64,000 bases of DNA. Source: Auanema rhodensis. Its lineage: Eukaryota; Animalia; Nematoda. Below, one piece after another: positions 27,601-41,000 of the stretch; position 1 is the stretch's first letter, and every line of letters begins with the position of its first letter. The notes under the pieces are model-generated. The model did not search any database. It had not been told where the DNA came from and worked only from the letters and a program-made list of their open reading frames with translations. Position numbers and translations under genes: made by a program. The stretch is taken from contig CAXKVF010000101.1 of NCBI GenBank assembly GCA_964057225.1, forward strand, positions 7,218-71,217, read 5' to 3'.

Positions 27601-30600
27601 GAGATGCGGTTTTCAAAATTAGATTCCCCCTGTCCATATTAGTCTAAAAACAAATTTTTATTGATATTGCTTCATGGTAACCATGACTTTGAAATTTACG
27701 TGAACTTTAATTTATGCTAATTAAATGTACACGTGATGTGCACTTGGTATGTAACTCGCTTCACGTGAAAGATAAAGAGATGCGGTTTTCAAAATTAGAT
27801 TCCCCATGTCCATATTAGTCTAAAAACAAATTTTTATTGATATTGCTTCATGGTAACCATGACTTTGAAATTTACGTGAACTTTAATTTATGCTAATTAA
27901 ATGTACACGTGATGTGCACTTGGTATGTAACTCGCTTCACGTGAAAGATAAAGAGATGCGGTTTTCAAAATTAGATTCCCCATGTCCATATTAGTCTAAA
28001 AACAAATTTTTATTGATATTGGTTCATGGTAACCATGACTTTGAACTTTACGTGAACTTTAATTTATGCTAATTAAATGTACACGTGATGTGCACTTGGT
28101 ATGTAACTCGCTTCACGTGAAAGATAAAGAGATGCGGTTTTCAAAATTAGATTCCCCATGTCCATATTAGTCTAAAAACAAATTTTTATTAATATTGGTG
28201 CATGGTAACCATGACTTTGAATTTTACGTGAACTTTAATTTATGCTAATTAAATGTACACGTGATGTGCACTTGGTATGTAACTCGCTTCACGTGAAAGA
28301 TAAAGAGATGCGGTTTTCAAAATTAGATTCCCCATGTCCATATTAGTCTAAAAACAAATTTTTATTGATATTGGTTCATGGTAACCATGCCTTTGAAATT
28401 TACGTGAACTTTAATTTATGCTAATTAAATGTACACGTGATGTGCACTTGGTATGTAACTCGCTTCACGTGAAAGATAAAGAGATGCGGTTTTCAAAATT
28501 AGATTCCCCCTGTCCATATTAGTCTAAAAACAAATTTTTATTGATATTGCTTCATGGTAACCATGACTTTGAAATTTACGTGAACTTTAATTTATGCTAA
28601 TTAAATGTACACGTGATGTGCACTTGGTATGTAACTCGCTTCACGTGAAAGATAAAGAGATGCGGTTTTCAAAATTAGATTCCCCATGTCCATATTAGTC
28701 TAAAAACAAATTTTTATTGATATTAGTTCATGGTAACCATGACTTTGAAATTTACGTGAACTTTAATTTATGCTAATTAAATGTACACGTGATGTGCACT
28801 TGGTATGTAACTCGCTTCACGTGAAAGATAAAGAGATGCGGTTTTCAAAATTAGATTCCCCATGTCCATATTAGTCTAAAAACAAATTTTTATTGATATT
28901 AGTTCATGGTAACCATGACTTTGAAATTTACGTGAACTTTAATTTATGCTAATTAAATGTACACGTGATGTGCACTTGGTATGTAACTCGCTTCACGTGA
29001 AAGATAAAGAGATGCGGTTTTCAAAATTAGATTCCCCATGTCCATATTAGTCTAAAAACAAATTTTTATTGATATTGGTGCATGGTAACCATGACTTTGA
29101 ATTTTACGTGAACTTTAATTTATGCTAATTAAATGTACACGTGATGTGCACTTGGTATGTAACTCGCTTCACGTGAAAGATAAAGAGATGCGGTTTTCAA
29201 AATTAGATTCCCCATGTCCATATTAGTCTAAAAACAAATTTTTATTGATATTGCTTCATGGTAACCATGACTTTGAAATTTACGTGAACTTTAATTTATG
29301 CTAATTAAATGTACACGTGATGTGCACTTGGTATGTAACTCGCTTCACGTGAAAGATAAAGAGATGCGGTTTTCAAAATTAGATTCCCCATGTCCATATT
29401 AGTCTAAAAACAAATTTTTATTGATATTGGTGCATGGTAACCATGACTTTGAAATTTACGTGAACTTTAATTTATGCTAATTAAATGTACACGTGATGTG
29501 CACTTGGTATGTAACTCGCTTCACGTGAAAGATAAAGAGATGCGGTTTTCAAAATTAGATTCCCCATGTCCATATTAGTCTAAAAACAAATTTTTATTGA
29601 TATTGGTGCATGGTAACCATGACTTTGAAATTAACGTGAACTTTAATTTATGCTAATTAAATGTACACGTGATGTGCACTTGGTATGTAACTCGCTTCAC
29701 GTGAAAGATAAAGAGATGCGGTTTTCAAAATTAGATTCCTCATGTCCATATTAGTCTAAAAACAAATTTTCATTGATATTGGTGCATGGTAACCATGACT
29801 TTGAAATTTACGTGAACTTTAATTTATGCTAATTAAATGTACACGTGATGTGCACTTGGTATGTAACTCGCTTCACGTGAAAGATAAAGAGATGCGGTTT
29901 TCAAAATTAGATTCCCCATGTCCATATTAGTCTAAAAACAAATTTTTATTGATATTGCTTCATGGTAACCATGACTTTGAAATTTACGTGAACTTTAATT
30001 TATGCTAATTAAATGTACACGTGATGTGCACTTGGTATGTAACTCGCTTCACGTGAAAGATAAAGAGATGCGGTTTTCAAAATTAGATTCCCCATGTCCA
30101 TATTAGTCTAAAAACAAATTTTTATTGATATTGGTTCATGGTAACCATGACTTTGAACTTTACGTGAACTTTAATTTATGCTAATTAAAAGTACACGTGA
30201 TGTGCACTTGGTATGTAACTCGCTTCACGTGAAAGATAAAGAGATGCGGTTTTCAAAATTAGATTCCCCATGTCCATATTAGTCTAAAAACAAATTTTTA
30301 TTGATATTGGTGCATGGTAACCATGACTTTGAAATTAACGTGAACTTTAATTTATGCTAATTAAATGTACACGTGATGTGCACTTGGTATGTAACTCGCT
30401 TCACGTGAAAGATAAAGAGATGCGGTTTTCAAAATTAGATTCCTCATGTCCATATTAGTCTAAAAACAAATTTTCATTGATATTGGTGCATGGTAACCAT
30501 GACTTTGAAATTTACGTGAACTTTAATTTATGCTAATTAAATGTACACGTGATGTGCACTTGGTATGTAACTCGCTTCACGTGAAAGATAAAGAGATGCG

Positions 30601-32032
30601 GTTTTCAAAATTAGATTCCCCATGTCCATATTAGTCTAAAAACAAATTTTTATTGATATTGCTTCATGGTAACCATGACTTTGAAATTTACGTGAACTTT
30701 AATTTATGCTAATTAAATGTACACGTGATGTGCACTTGGTATGTAACTCGCTTCACGTGAAAGATAAAGAGATGCGGTTTTCAAAATTAGATTCCCCATG
30801 TCCATATTAGTCTAAAAACAAATTTTTATTGATATTGGTTCATGGTAACCATGACTTTGAACTTTACGTGAACTTTAATTTATGCTAATTAAAAGTACAC
30901 GTGATGTGCACTTGGTATGTAACTCGCTTCACGTGAAAGATAAAGAGATGCGGTTTTCAAAATTAGATTCCCCATGTCCATATTAGTCTAAAAACAAATT
31001 TTTATTAATATTGGTGCATGGTAACCATGACTTTGAATTTTACGTGAACTTTAATTTATGCTAATTAAATGTACACGTGATGTGCACTTGGTATGTAACT
31101 CGCTTCACGTGAAAGATAAAGAGATGCGGTTTTCAAAATTAGATTCCCCATGTCCATATTAGTCTAAAAACAAATTTTTATTGATATTGGTTCATGGTAA
31201 CCATGACTTTGAAATTTACGTGAACTTTAATTTATGCTAATTAAATGTACACGTGATGTGCACTTGGTATGTAACTCGCTTCACGTGAAAGATAAAGAGA
31301 TGCGGTTTTCAAAATTAGATTCCCCCTGTCCATATTAGTCTAAAAACAAATTTTTATTGATATTGCTTCATGGTAACCATGACTTTGAAATTTACGTGAA
31401 CTTTAATTTATGCTAATTAAATGTACACGTGATGTGCACTTGGTATGTAACTCGCTTCACGTGAAAGATAAAGAGATGCGGTTTTCAAAATTAGATTCCC
31501 CATGTCCATATTAGTCTAAAAACAAATTTTTATTGATATTAGTTCATGGTAACCATGACTTTGAAATTTACGTGAACTTTAATTTATGCTAATTAAATGT
31601 ACACGTGATGTGCACTTGGTATGTAACTCGCTTCACGTGAAAGATAAAGAGATGCGGTTTTCAAAATTAGATTCCCCATGTCCATATTAGTCTAAAAACA
31701 AATTTTTATTGATATTGGTTCATGGTAACCATGACTTTGAATTTTACGTGAACTTTAATTTATGCTAATTAAATGTACACGTGATGTGCACTTGGTATGT
31801 AACTCGCTTCACGTGAAAGATAAAGAGATGCGGTTTTCAAAATTAGATTCCCCATGTCCATATTAGTCTAAAAACAAATTTTTATTGATATTAGTTCATG
31901 GTAACCATGACTTTGAAATTTACGTGAACTTTAATTTATGCTAATTAAATGTACACGTGATGTGCACTTGGTATGTAACTCGCTTCACGTGAAAGATAAA
32001 GAGATGCGGTTTTCAAAATTAGATTCCCCATG
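24641..32032. repeat. Sub-family domain A (second block; copy of 8097-13024 with internal expansions)
   Basis: Same ordered variant string as monomers 47-74, including the rare T94A (11886; 30190 and 30894). Confidence 0.85.
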
Positions 32033-35000
32033 TCCATATTAATCTAAAAACAAATTTTTATTGATATTGGTTCATGGTAACCATGACTTTGAAATTTACG
32101 TGAACTTTAATTTATGCTAATTAAATGTACACGTGATGTGCACTTGGTATGTAACTCGCTTCACGTGAAAGATAAAGAGATGCGGTTTTCAAAATTAGAT
32201 TCCCCATGTCCATATTAGTCTAAAAACAAATTTTTATTGATATTGGTTCATGGTAACCATAACTTTGAAATTTACGTGAACTTTAATTTATGCTAATTAA
32301 ATGTACACGTGATGTGCACTTGGTATGTAACTCGCTTCACGTGAAAGATAAAGAGATGCGGTTTTCAAAATTAGATTCCCCATGTCCATATTAGTCTAAA
32401 AACTAATTTTTATCGATATTGGTTCATGGTAACCATGACTTTGAAATTTACGTGAACTTTAATTTATGCTAATTAAATGTACACGTGATGTGCACTTGGT
32501 ATGTAACTCGCTTCACGTGAAAGATAAAGAGATGCGGTTTTCAAAATTAGATTCCCCATGTCCATATTAGTCTAAAAACAAATTTTTATTGATATTGGTT
32601 CATGGTAACCATGACTTTGAAATTTACGTGAACTTTAATTTATGCTAATTAAATGTACACGTGATGTGCACTTGGTATGTAACTCGCTTCACGTGAAAGA
32701 TAAAGAGATGCGGTTTACAAAATTAGATTCTCCATGTCCATATTAGTCTAAAAACAAATTTTTATTGATATTGGTTCATGGTAACCATGACTTTGAAATT
32801 TACGTGAACTTTAATTTATGCTAATTAAATGTACACGTGATGTGCACTTGGTATGTAACTCGCTTCACGTGAAAGATAAAGAGATGCGGTTTTCACAATT
32901 AGATTCCCCATGTCCATATTAGTCTAAAAACAAATTTTTATTGATATTGGTTCATGGTAACCATGACTTTGAAATTTACGTGAACTTTAATTTATGCTAA
33001 TTAAATGTACACGTGATGTGCACTTGGTATGTAACTCGCTTCACGTGAAAGATAAAGAAATGCGGTTTTCAAAATTAGATTCCCCATGTCCATATTAGTC
33101 TAAAAACAAATTTTTATTGATATTGGTTCATGGTAACCATGACTTTGAATTTAACGTGAACTTTAATTTATGCTAATTAAATGTACACGTGATGTGCACT
33201 TGGTATGTAACTCGCTTCACGTGAAAGATAAAGAGATGCGGTTTTCAAAATTAGATTCCCCATGTCCATATTAGTCTAAAAACAAATTTTTATTGATATT
33301 GGTGCATGGTAACCATGACTTTGAAATTTACGTGAACTTTAATTTATGCTAATTAAATGTACACGTGATGTGCACTTGGTATGTAACTCGCTTCACGTGA
33401 AAGATGAAGAGATGCGGTTTTCAAAATTAGATTCCCCATGTCCATATTAGTCTAAAAACAAATTTTTATGATATTGGTTCATGGTAACCATGACTTTGAA
33501 ATTTACGTGAACTTTAATTTATGCTAATTAAATGTACACGTGATGTGCACTTGGTATGTAACTCGCTTCACGTGAAAGATAAAGAGATGCGGTTTTCAAA
33601 ATTAGATTCCCCATGTCCATATTAGTCTAAAAACAAATTTTTATTGATATTGGTTCATGGTAACCATGACTTTGAAATTTACGTGAACTTTAATTTATGC
33701 TAATTAAATGTACACGTGATGTGCACTTGGTATGTAACTCGCTTCACGTGAAAGATAAAGAGATGCGGTTCTCAAAATTAGATTCACCATGTCCATATTA
33801 GTCTAAAAACAAATTTTTATTGATATTGGTTCATGGTAACCATGACTTTGAATTTAACGTGAACTTTAATTTATGCTAATTAAATGTACACGTGATGTGC
33901 ACTTGGTATGTAACTCGCTTCACGTGAAAGATAAAGAGATGCGGTTTTCAAAATTAGATTCCCCATGTCCATATTAGTCTAAAAACAAATTTTTATTGAT
34001 ATTGGTGCATGGTAACCATGACTTTGAAATTTACGTGAACTTTAATTTATGCTAATTAAATGTACACGTGATGTGCACTTGGTATGTAACTCGCTTCACG
34101 TGGAAGATAAAGAGATGCGGTTTTCAAAATTAGATTCCCCATGTCCATATTAGTCTAAAAACAAATTTTTATTGATATTGGTTCATGGTAACCATGACTT
34201 TGAAATTTACGTGAACTTTAATTTATGCTAATTAAATGTACACGTGATGTGCACTTGGTATGTAACTCGCTTCACGTGAAAGATAAAGAGATGCGGTTTT
34301 CAAAATTAGATTCCCCATGTCCATATTAGTCTAAAAACAAATTTTTATTGATATTGGTTCATGGTAACCATGACTTTGAAATTTACGTGAACTTTAATTT
34401 ATGCTAATTAAATGTACACGTGATGTGCACTTGGTATGTAACTCGCTTCACGTGAAAGATAAAGAGATGCGGTTTTCAAAATTAGATTCCCCATGTCCAT
34501 ATTAGTCTAAAAACAAATTTTTATTGATACTAGTTTATGGTAACCAAGACTTTGAAATATACGTGAACTTTAATTTATGCTAATTAAATGTACACGTGAT
34601 GTGCACTTGGTATGTAACTCGCTTCACGTGAAAGATAAAGAGATGCGGTTTTCAAAATTAGATTCCCCATGTCCATATTAGTCTAAAAACAAATTTTTAT
34701 TGATATTGGTTCATGGTAACCATGACTTTGAAATTTACGTGAACTTTAATTAATGCTAATTAAATGTACACGTGATGTGCACTTGGTATGTAACTCGCTT
34801 CACGTGAAAGATAAAGAGATGCGGTTTTCAAAATTAGATTCCCCATGTCCATTTTAGTCTAAAAACAAATTTTTATTGATATTGGTTCATGGTAACCATG
34901 ACTTTGAAATTTACGTGAACTTTAATTTATGCTAATTAAATGTACACGTGATGTGCACTTGGTATGTAACTCGCTTCACGTGAAAGATAAAGAGATGCGG

Positions 35001-38000
35001 TTTTCAAAATTAGATTCACCATGTCCATATTAGTCTAAAAACAAATTTTTATTGATATTGGTTCATGGTAACCATGACTTTGAAATTTACGTGAACTTTA
35101 ATTTATGCTAATTAAATGTACACGTGATGTGCACTTGGTATGTAACTCGCTTCACGTGAAAGATAAAGAGATGCGGTTTTCAAAATTAGATTCCCCATGT
35201 CCATATTAGTCTAAAAACAAATTTTTATTGATATTGGTGCATGGTAACCATGACTTTGAATTTAACGTGAACTTTAATTTATGCTAATTAAATGTACACG
35301 TGATGTGCACTTGGTATGTAACTCGCTTCACGTGAAAGATGAAGAGATGCGGTTTTCAAAATTAGATTCCCCATGTCCATATTAGTCTAAAAACAAATTT
35401 TTATTGATATTGGTTCATGGTAACCATGACTTTGAAATTTACGTGAACTTTAATTTATGCTAATTAAATGTACACGTGATGTGCACTTGGTATGTAACTC
35501 GCTTCACGTGAAAGATAAAGAAATGCGGTTTTCAAAATTAGATTCCCCATGTCCATATTAGTCTAAAAACAAATTTTTATTGATATTGGTTCATGGTAAC
35601 CATGACTTTGAATTTAACGTGAACTTTAATTTATGCTAATTAAATGTACACGTGATGTGCACTTGGTATGTAACTCGCTTCACGTGAAAGATAAAGAGAT
35701 GCGGTTTTCAAAATTAGATTCCCCATGTCCATATTAGTCTAAAAACAAATTTTTATTGATATTGGTGCATGGTAACCATGACTTTGAAATTTACGTGAAC
35801 TTTAATTTATGCTAATTAAATGTACACGTGATGTGCACTTGGTATGTAACTCGCTTCACGTGAAAGATGAAGAGATGCGGTTTTCAAAATTAGATTCCCC
35901 ATGTCCATATTAGTCTAAAAACAAATTTTTATTGATATTGGTTCATGGTAACCATGACTTTGAAATTTACGTGAACTTTAATTTATGCTAATTAAATGTA
36001 CACGTGATGTGCACTTGGTATGTAACTCGCTTCACGTGAAAGATAAAGAGATGCGGTTTTCAAAATTAGATTCCCCATGTCCATATTAGTCTAAAAACAA
36101 ATTTTTATTGATATTGGTTCATGGTAACCATGACTTTGAAATTTACGTGAACTTTAATTTATGCTAATTAAATGTACACGTGATGTGCACTTGGTATGTA
36201 ACTCGCTTCACGTGAAAGATAAAGAGATGCGGTTCTCAAAATTAGATTCACCATGTCCATATTAGTCTAAAAACAAATTTTTATTGATATTGGTTCATGG
36301 TAACCATGACTTTGAATTTAACGTGAACTTTAATTTATGCTAATTAAATGTACACGTGATGTGCACTTGGTATGTAACTCGCTTCACGTGAAAGATAAAG
36401 AGATGCGGTTTTCAAAATTAGATTCCCCATGTCCATATTAGTCTAAAAACAAATTTTTATTGATATTGGTGCATGGTAACCATGACTTTGAAATTTACGT
36501 GAACTTTAATTTATGCTAATTAAATGTACACGTGATGTGCACTTGGTATGTAACTCGCTTCACGTGGAAGATAAAGAGATGCGGTTTTCAAAATTAGATT
36601 CCCCATGTCCATATTAGTCTAAAAACAAATTTTTATTGATATTGGTTCATGGTAACCATGACTTTGAAATTTACGTGAACTTTAATTTATGCTAATTAAA
36701 TGTACACGTGATGTGCACTTGGTATGTAACTCGCTTCACGTGAAAGATAAAGAGATGCGGTTTTCAAAATTAGATTCCCCATGTCCATATTAGTCTAAAA
36801 ACAAATTTTTATTGATATTGGTTCATGGTAACCATGACTTTGAAATTTACGTGAACTTTAATTTATGCTAATTAAATGTACACGTGATGTGCACTTGGTA
36901 TGTAACTCGCTTCACGTGAAAGATAAAGAGATGCGGTTTTCAAAATTAGATTCCCCATGTCCATATTAGTCTAAAAACAAATTTTTATTGATACTAGTTT
37001 ATGGTAACCAAGACTTTGAAATATACGTGAACTTTAATTTATGCTAATTAAATGTACACGTGATGTGCACTTGGTATGTAACTCGCTTCACGTGAAAGAT
37101 AAAGAGATGCGGTTTTCAAAATTAGATTCCCCATGTCCATATTAGTCTAAAAACAAATTTTTATTGATATTGGTTCATGGTAACCATGACTTTGAAATTT
37201 ACGTGAACTTTAATTAATGCTAATTAAATGTACACGTGATGTGCACTTGGTATGTAACTCGCTTCACGTGAAAGATAAAGAGATGCGGTTTTCAAAATTA
37301 GATTCCCCATGTCCATTTTAGTCTAAAAACAAATTTTTATTGATATTGGTTCATGGTAACCATGACTTTGAAATTTACGTGAACTTTAATTTATGCTAAT
37401 TAAATGTACACGTGATGTGCACTTGGTATGTAACTCGCTTCACGTGAAAGATAAAGAGATGCGGTTTTCAAAATTAGATTCACCATGTCCATATTAGTCT
37501 AAAAACAAATTTTTATTGATATTGGTTCATGGTAACCATGACTTTGAAATTTACGTGAACTTTAATTTATGCTAATTAAATGTACACGTGATGTGCACTT
37601 GGTATGTAACTCGCTTCACGTGAAAGATAAAGAGATGCGGTTTTCAAAATTAGATTCCCCATGTCCATATTAGTCTAAAAACAAATTTTTATTGATATTG
37701 GTGCATGGTAACCATGACTTTGAAATTTACGTGAACTTTAATTTATGCTAATTAAATGTACACGTGATGTGCACTTGGTATGTAACTCGCTTCACGTGAA
37801 AGATAAAGAGATGCGGTTTTCAAAATTAGATTCCCCATGTCCATATTAGTCTAAAAACAAATTTTTATTAATATTGGTTCATGGTAACCATGACTTTGAA
37901 ATTTACGTGAACTTTAATTTATGCTAATTAAATGTACACGTGATGTGCACTTGGTATGTAACTCGCTTCACGTGAAAGATAAAGAGATGCGGTTTTCAAA

Positions 38001-41000
38001 ATTAGATTCACCATGTCCATATTAGTCTAAAAACAAATTTTTATTGATATTGGTTCATGGTAACCATGACTTTGAATTTAACGTGAACTTTAATTTATGC
38101 TAATTAAATGTACACCTGATGTGCACTTGGTATGTAACTCGCTTCACGTGAAAGATAAAGAGATGCGGTTTTCAAAATTAGATTCCCCATGTCCATATTA
38201 GTCTAAAAACAAATTTTTATTGATATTGGTGCATGGTAACCATGACTTTGAAATTTACGTGAACTTTAATTTATGCTAATTAAATGTACACGTGATGTGC
38301 ACTTGGTATGTAACTCGCTTCACGTGAAAGATGAAGAGATGCGGTTTTCAAAATTAGATTCCCCATGTCCATATTAGTCTAAAAACAAATTTTTATTGAT
38401 ATTGGTGCATGGTAACCATGACTTTGAAATTTACGTGAACTTTAATTTATGCTAATTAAATGTACACGTGATGTGCACTTGGTATGTAACTCGCTTCACG
38501 TGAAAGATAAAGAGATGCGGTTTTCAAAATTAGATTCCCCATGTCCATATTAGTCTAAAAACAAATTTTTATTGATATTGGTGCATGGTAACCATGACTT
38601 TGAAATTTACGTGAACTTTAATTTATGCTAATTAAATGTACACGTGATGTGCACTTGGTATGTAACTCGCTTCACGTGAAAGATAAAGAGATGCGGTTTT
38701 CAAAATTAGATTCCCCATGTCCATATTAGTCTAAAAACAAATTTTTATTGATATTGGTTCATGGTAACCATGACTTTGAAATTTACGTGAACTTTAATTT
38801 ATGCTAATTAAATGTACACGTGATGTGCACTTGGTATGTAACTCGCTTCACGTGAAAGATAAAGAGATGCGGTTTTCAAAATTAGATTCACCATGTCCAT
38901 ATTAGTCTAAAAACAAATTTTTATTGATATTGGTTCATGGTAACCATGACTTTGAATTTAACGTGAACTTTAATTTATGCTAATTAAATGTACACGTGAT
39001 GTGCACTTGGTATGTAACTCGCTTCACGTGAAAGATAAAGAGATGCGGTTTTCAAAATTAGATTCCCCATGTCCATATTAGTCTAAAAACAAATTTTTAT
39101 TGATATTGGTGCATGGTAACCATGACTTTGAAATTTACGTGAACTTTAATTTATGCTAATTAAATGTACACGTGATGTGCACTTGGTATGTAACTCGCTT
39201 CACGTGAAAGATAAAGAGATGCGGTTTTCAAAATTAGATTCCCCATGTCCATATTAGTCTAAAAACAAATTTTTATTGATATTGGTGCATGGTAACCATG
39301 ACTTTGAAATTTACGTGAACTTTAATTTATGCTAATTAAATGTACACGTGATGTGCACTTGGTATGTAACTCGCTTCACGTGAAAGATAAAGAGATGCGG
39401 TTTTCAAAATTAGATTCCCCATGTCCATATTAGTCTAAAAACAAATTTTTATTGATATTGGTTCATGGTAACCATGACTTTGAAATTTACGTGAACTTTA
39501 ATTTATGCTAATTAAATGTACACGTGATGTGCACTTGGTATGTAACTCGCTTCACGTGAAAGATAAAGAGATGCGGTTTTCAAAATTAGATTCCCCATGT
39601 CCATATTAGTCTAAAAACAAATTTTTATTGATATTGGTTCATGGTAACCATGACTTTGAAATTTACGTGAACTTTAATTTATGCTAATTAAATGTACACG
39701 TGATGTGCACTTGGTATGTAACTCGCTTCACGTGAAAGATAAAGAGATGCGGTTTTTAAAATTAGATTCCCCATGTCCATATTAGTCTAAAAACAAATTT
39801 TTATTGATATTGGTTCATGGTAACCATGACTTTGAAATTTACGTGAACTTTAATTTATGCTAATTAAATGTACACGTGATGTGCACTTGGTATGTAACTC
39901 GCTTCACGTGAAAGATAAAGAGATGCTGTTTTCAAAATTAGATTCCCCATGTCCATATTAGTCTAAAAACAAATTTTTATTGATATTGGTGCATGGTAAC
40001 CATGACTTTGAAATTTACGTGAACTTTAATTTATGCTAATTAAATGTACACGTGATGTGCACTTGGTATGTAACTCGCTTCACGTGAAAGATGAAGAGAT
40101 GCGGTTTTCAAAATTAGATTCCCCATGTCCATATTAGTCTAAAAACAAATTTTTATTGATATTGGTTCATGGTAACCATGACTTTGAAATTTACGTGAAC
40201 TTTAATTTATGCTAATTAAATGTACACGTGATGTGCACTTGGTATGTAACTCGCTTCACGTGAAAGATAAAGAGATGCGGTTTTCAAAATTAGATTCCCC
40301 ATGTCCATATTAGTCTAAAAACAAATTTTTATTGATATTGGTTCATGGTAACCATGACTTTGAAATTTACGTGAACTTTAATTTATGCTAATTGAATGTA
40401 CACGTGATGTGCACTTGGTATGTAACTCGCTTCACGTGAAAGATAAAGAGATGCGGTTTTCAAAATTAGATTCACCATGTCCATATTAGTCTAAAAACAA
40501 ATTTTTATTGATATTGGTTCATGGTAACCATGACTTTGAATTTAACGTGAACTTTAATTTATGCTAGTTAAATGTACACGTGATGTGCACTTGGTATGTA
40601 ACTCGCTTCACGTGAAAGATAAAGAGATGCGGTTTTCAAAATTAGATTCCCCATGTCCATATTAGTCTAAAAACAAATTTTTATTGATATTGGTGCATGG
40701 TAACCATGACTTTGAAATTTACGTGAACTTTAATTTATGCTAATTAAATGTACACGTGATGTGCACTTGGTATGTAACTCGCTTCACGTGAAAGATAAAG
40801 AGATGCGGTTTTCAAAATTAGATTCCCCATGTCCATATTAGTCTAAAAACAAATTTTTATTGATATTGGTGCATGGTAACCATGACTTTGAAATTTACGT
40901 GAACTTTAATTTATGCTAATTAAATGTACACGTGATGTGCACTTGGTATGTAACTCGCTTCACGTGAAAGATAAAGAGATGCGGTTTTTAAAATTAGATT

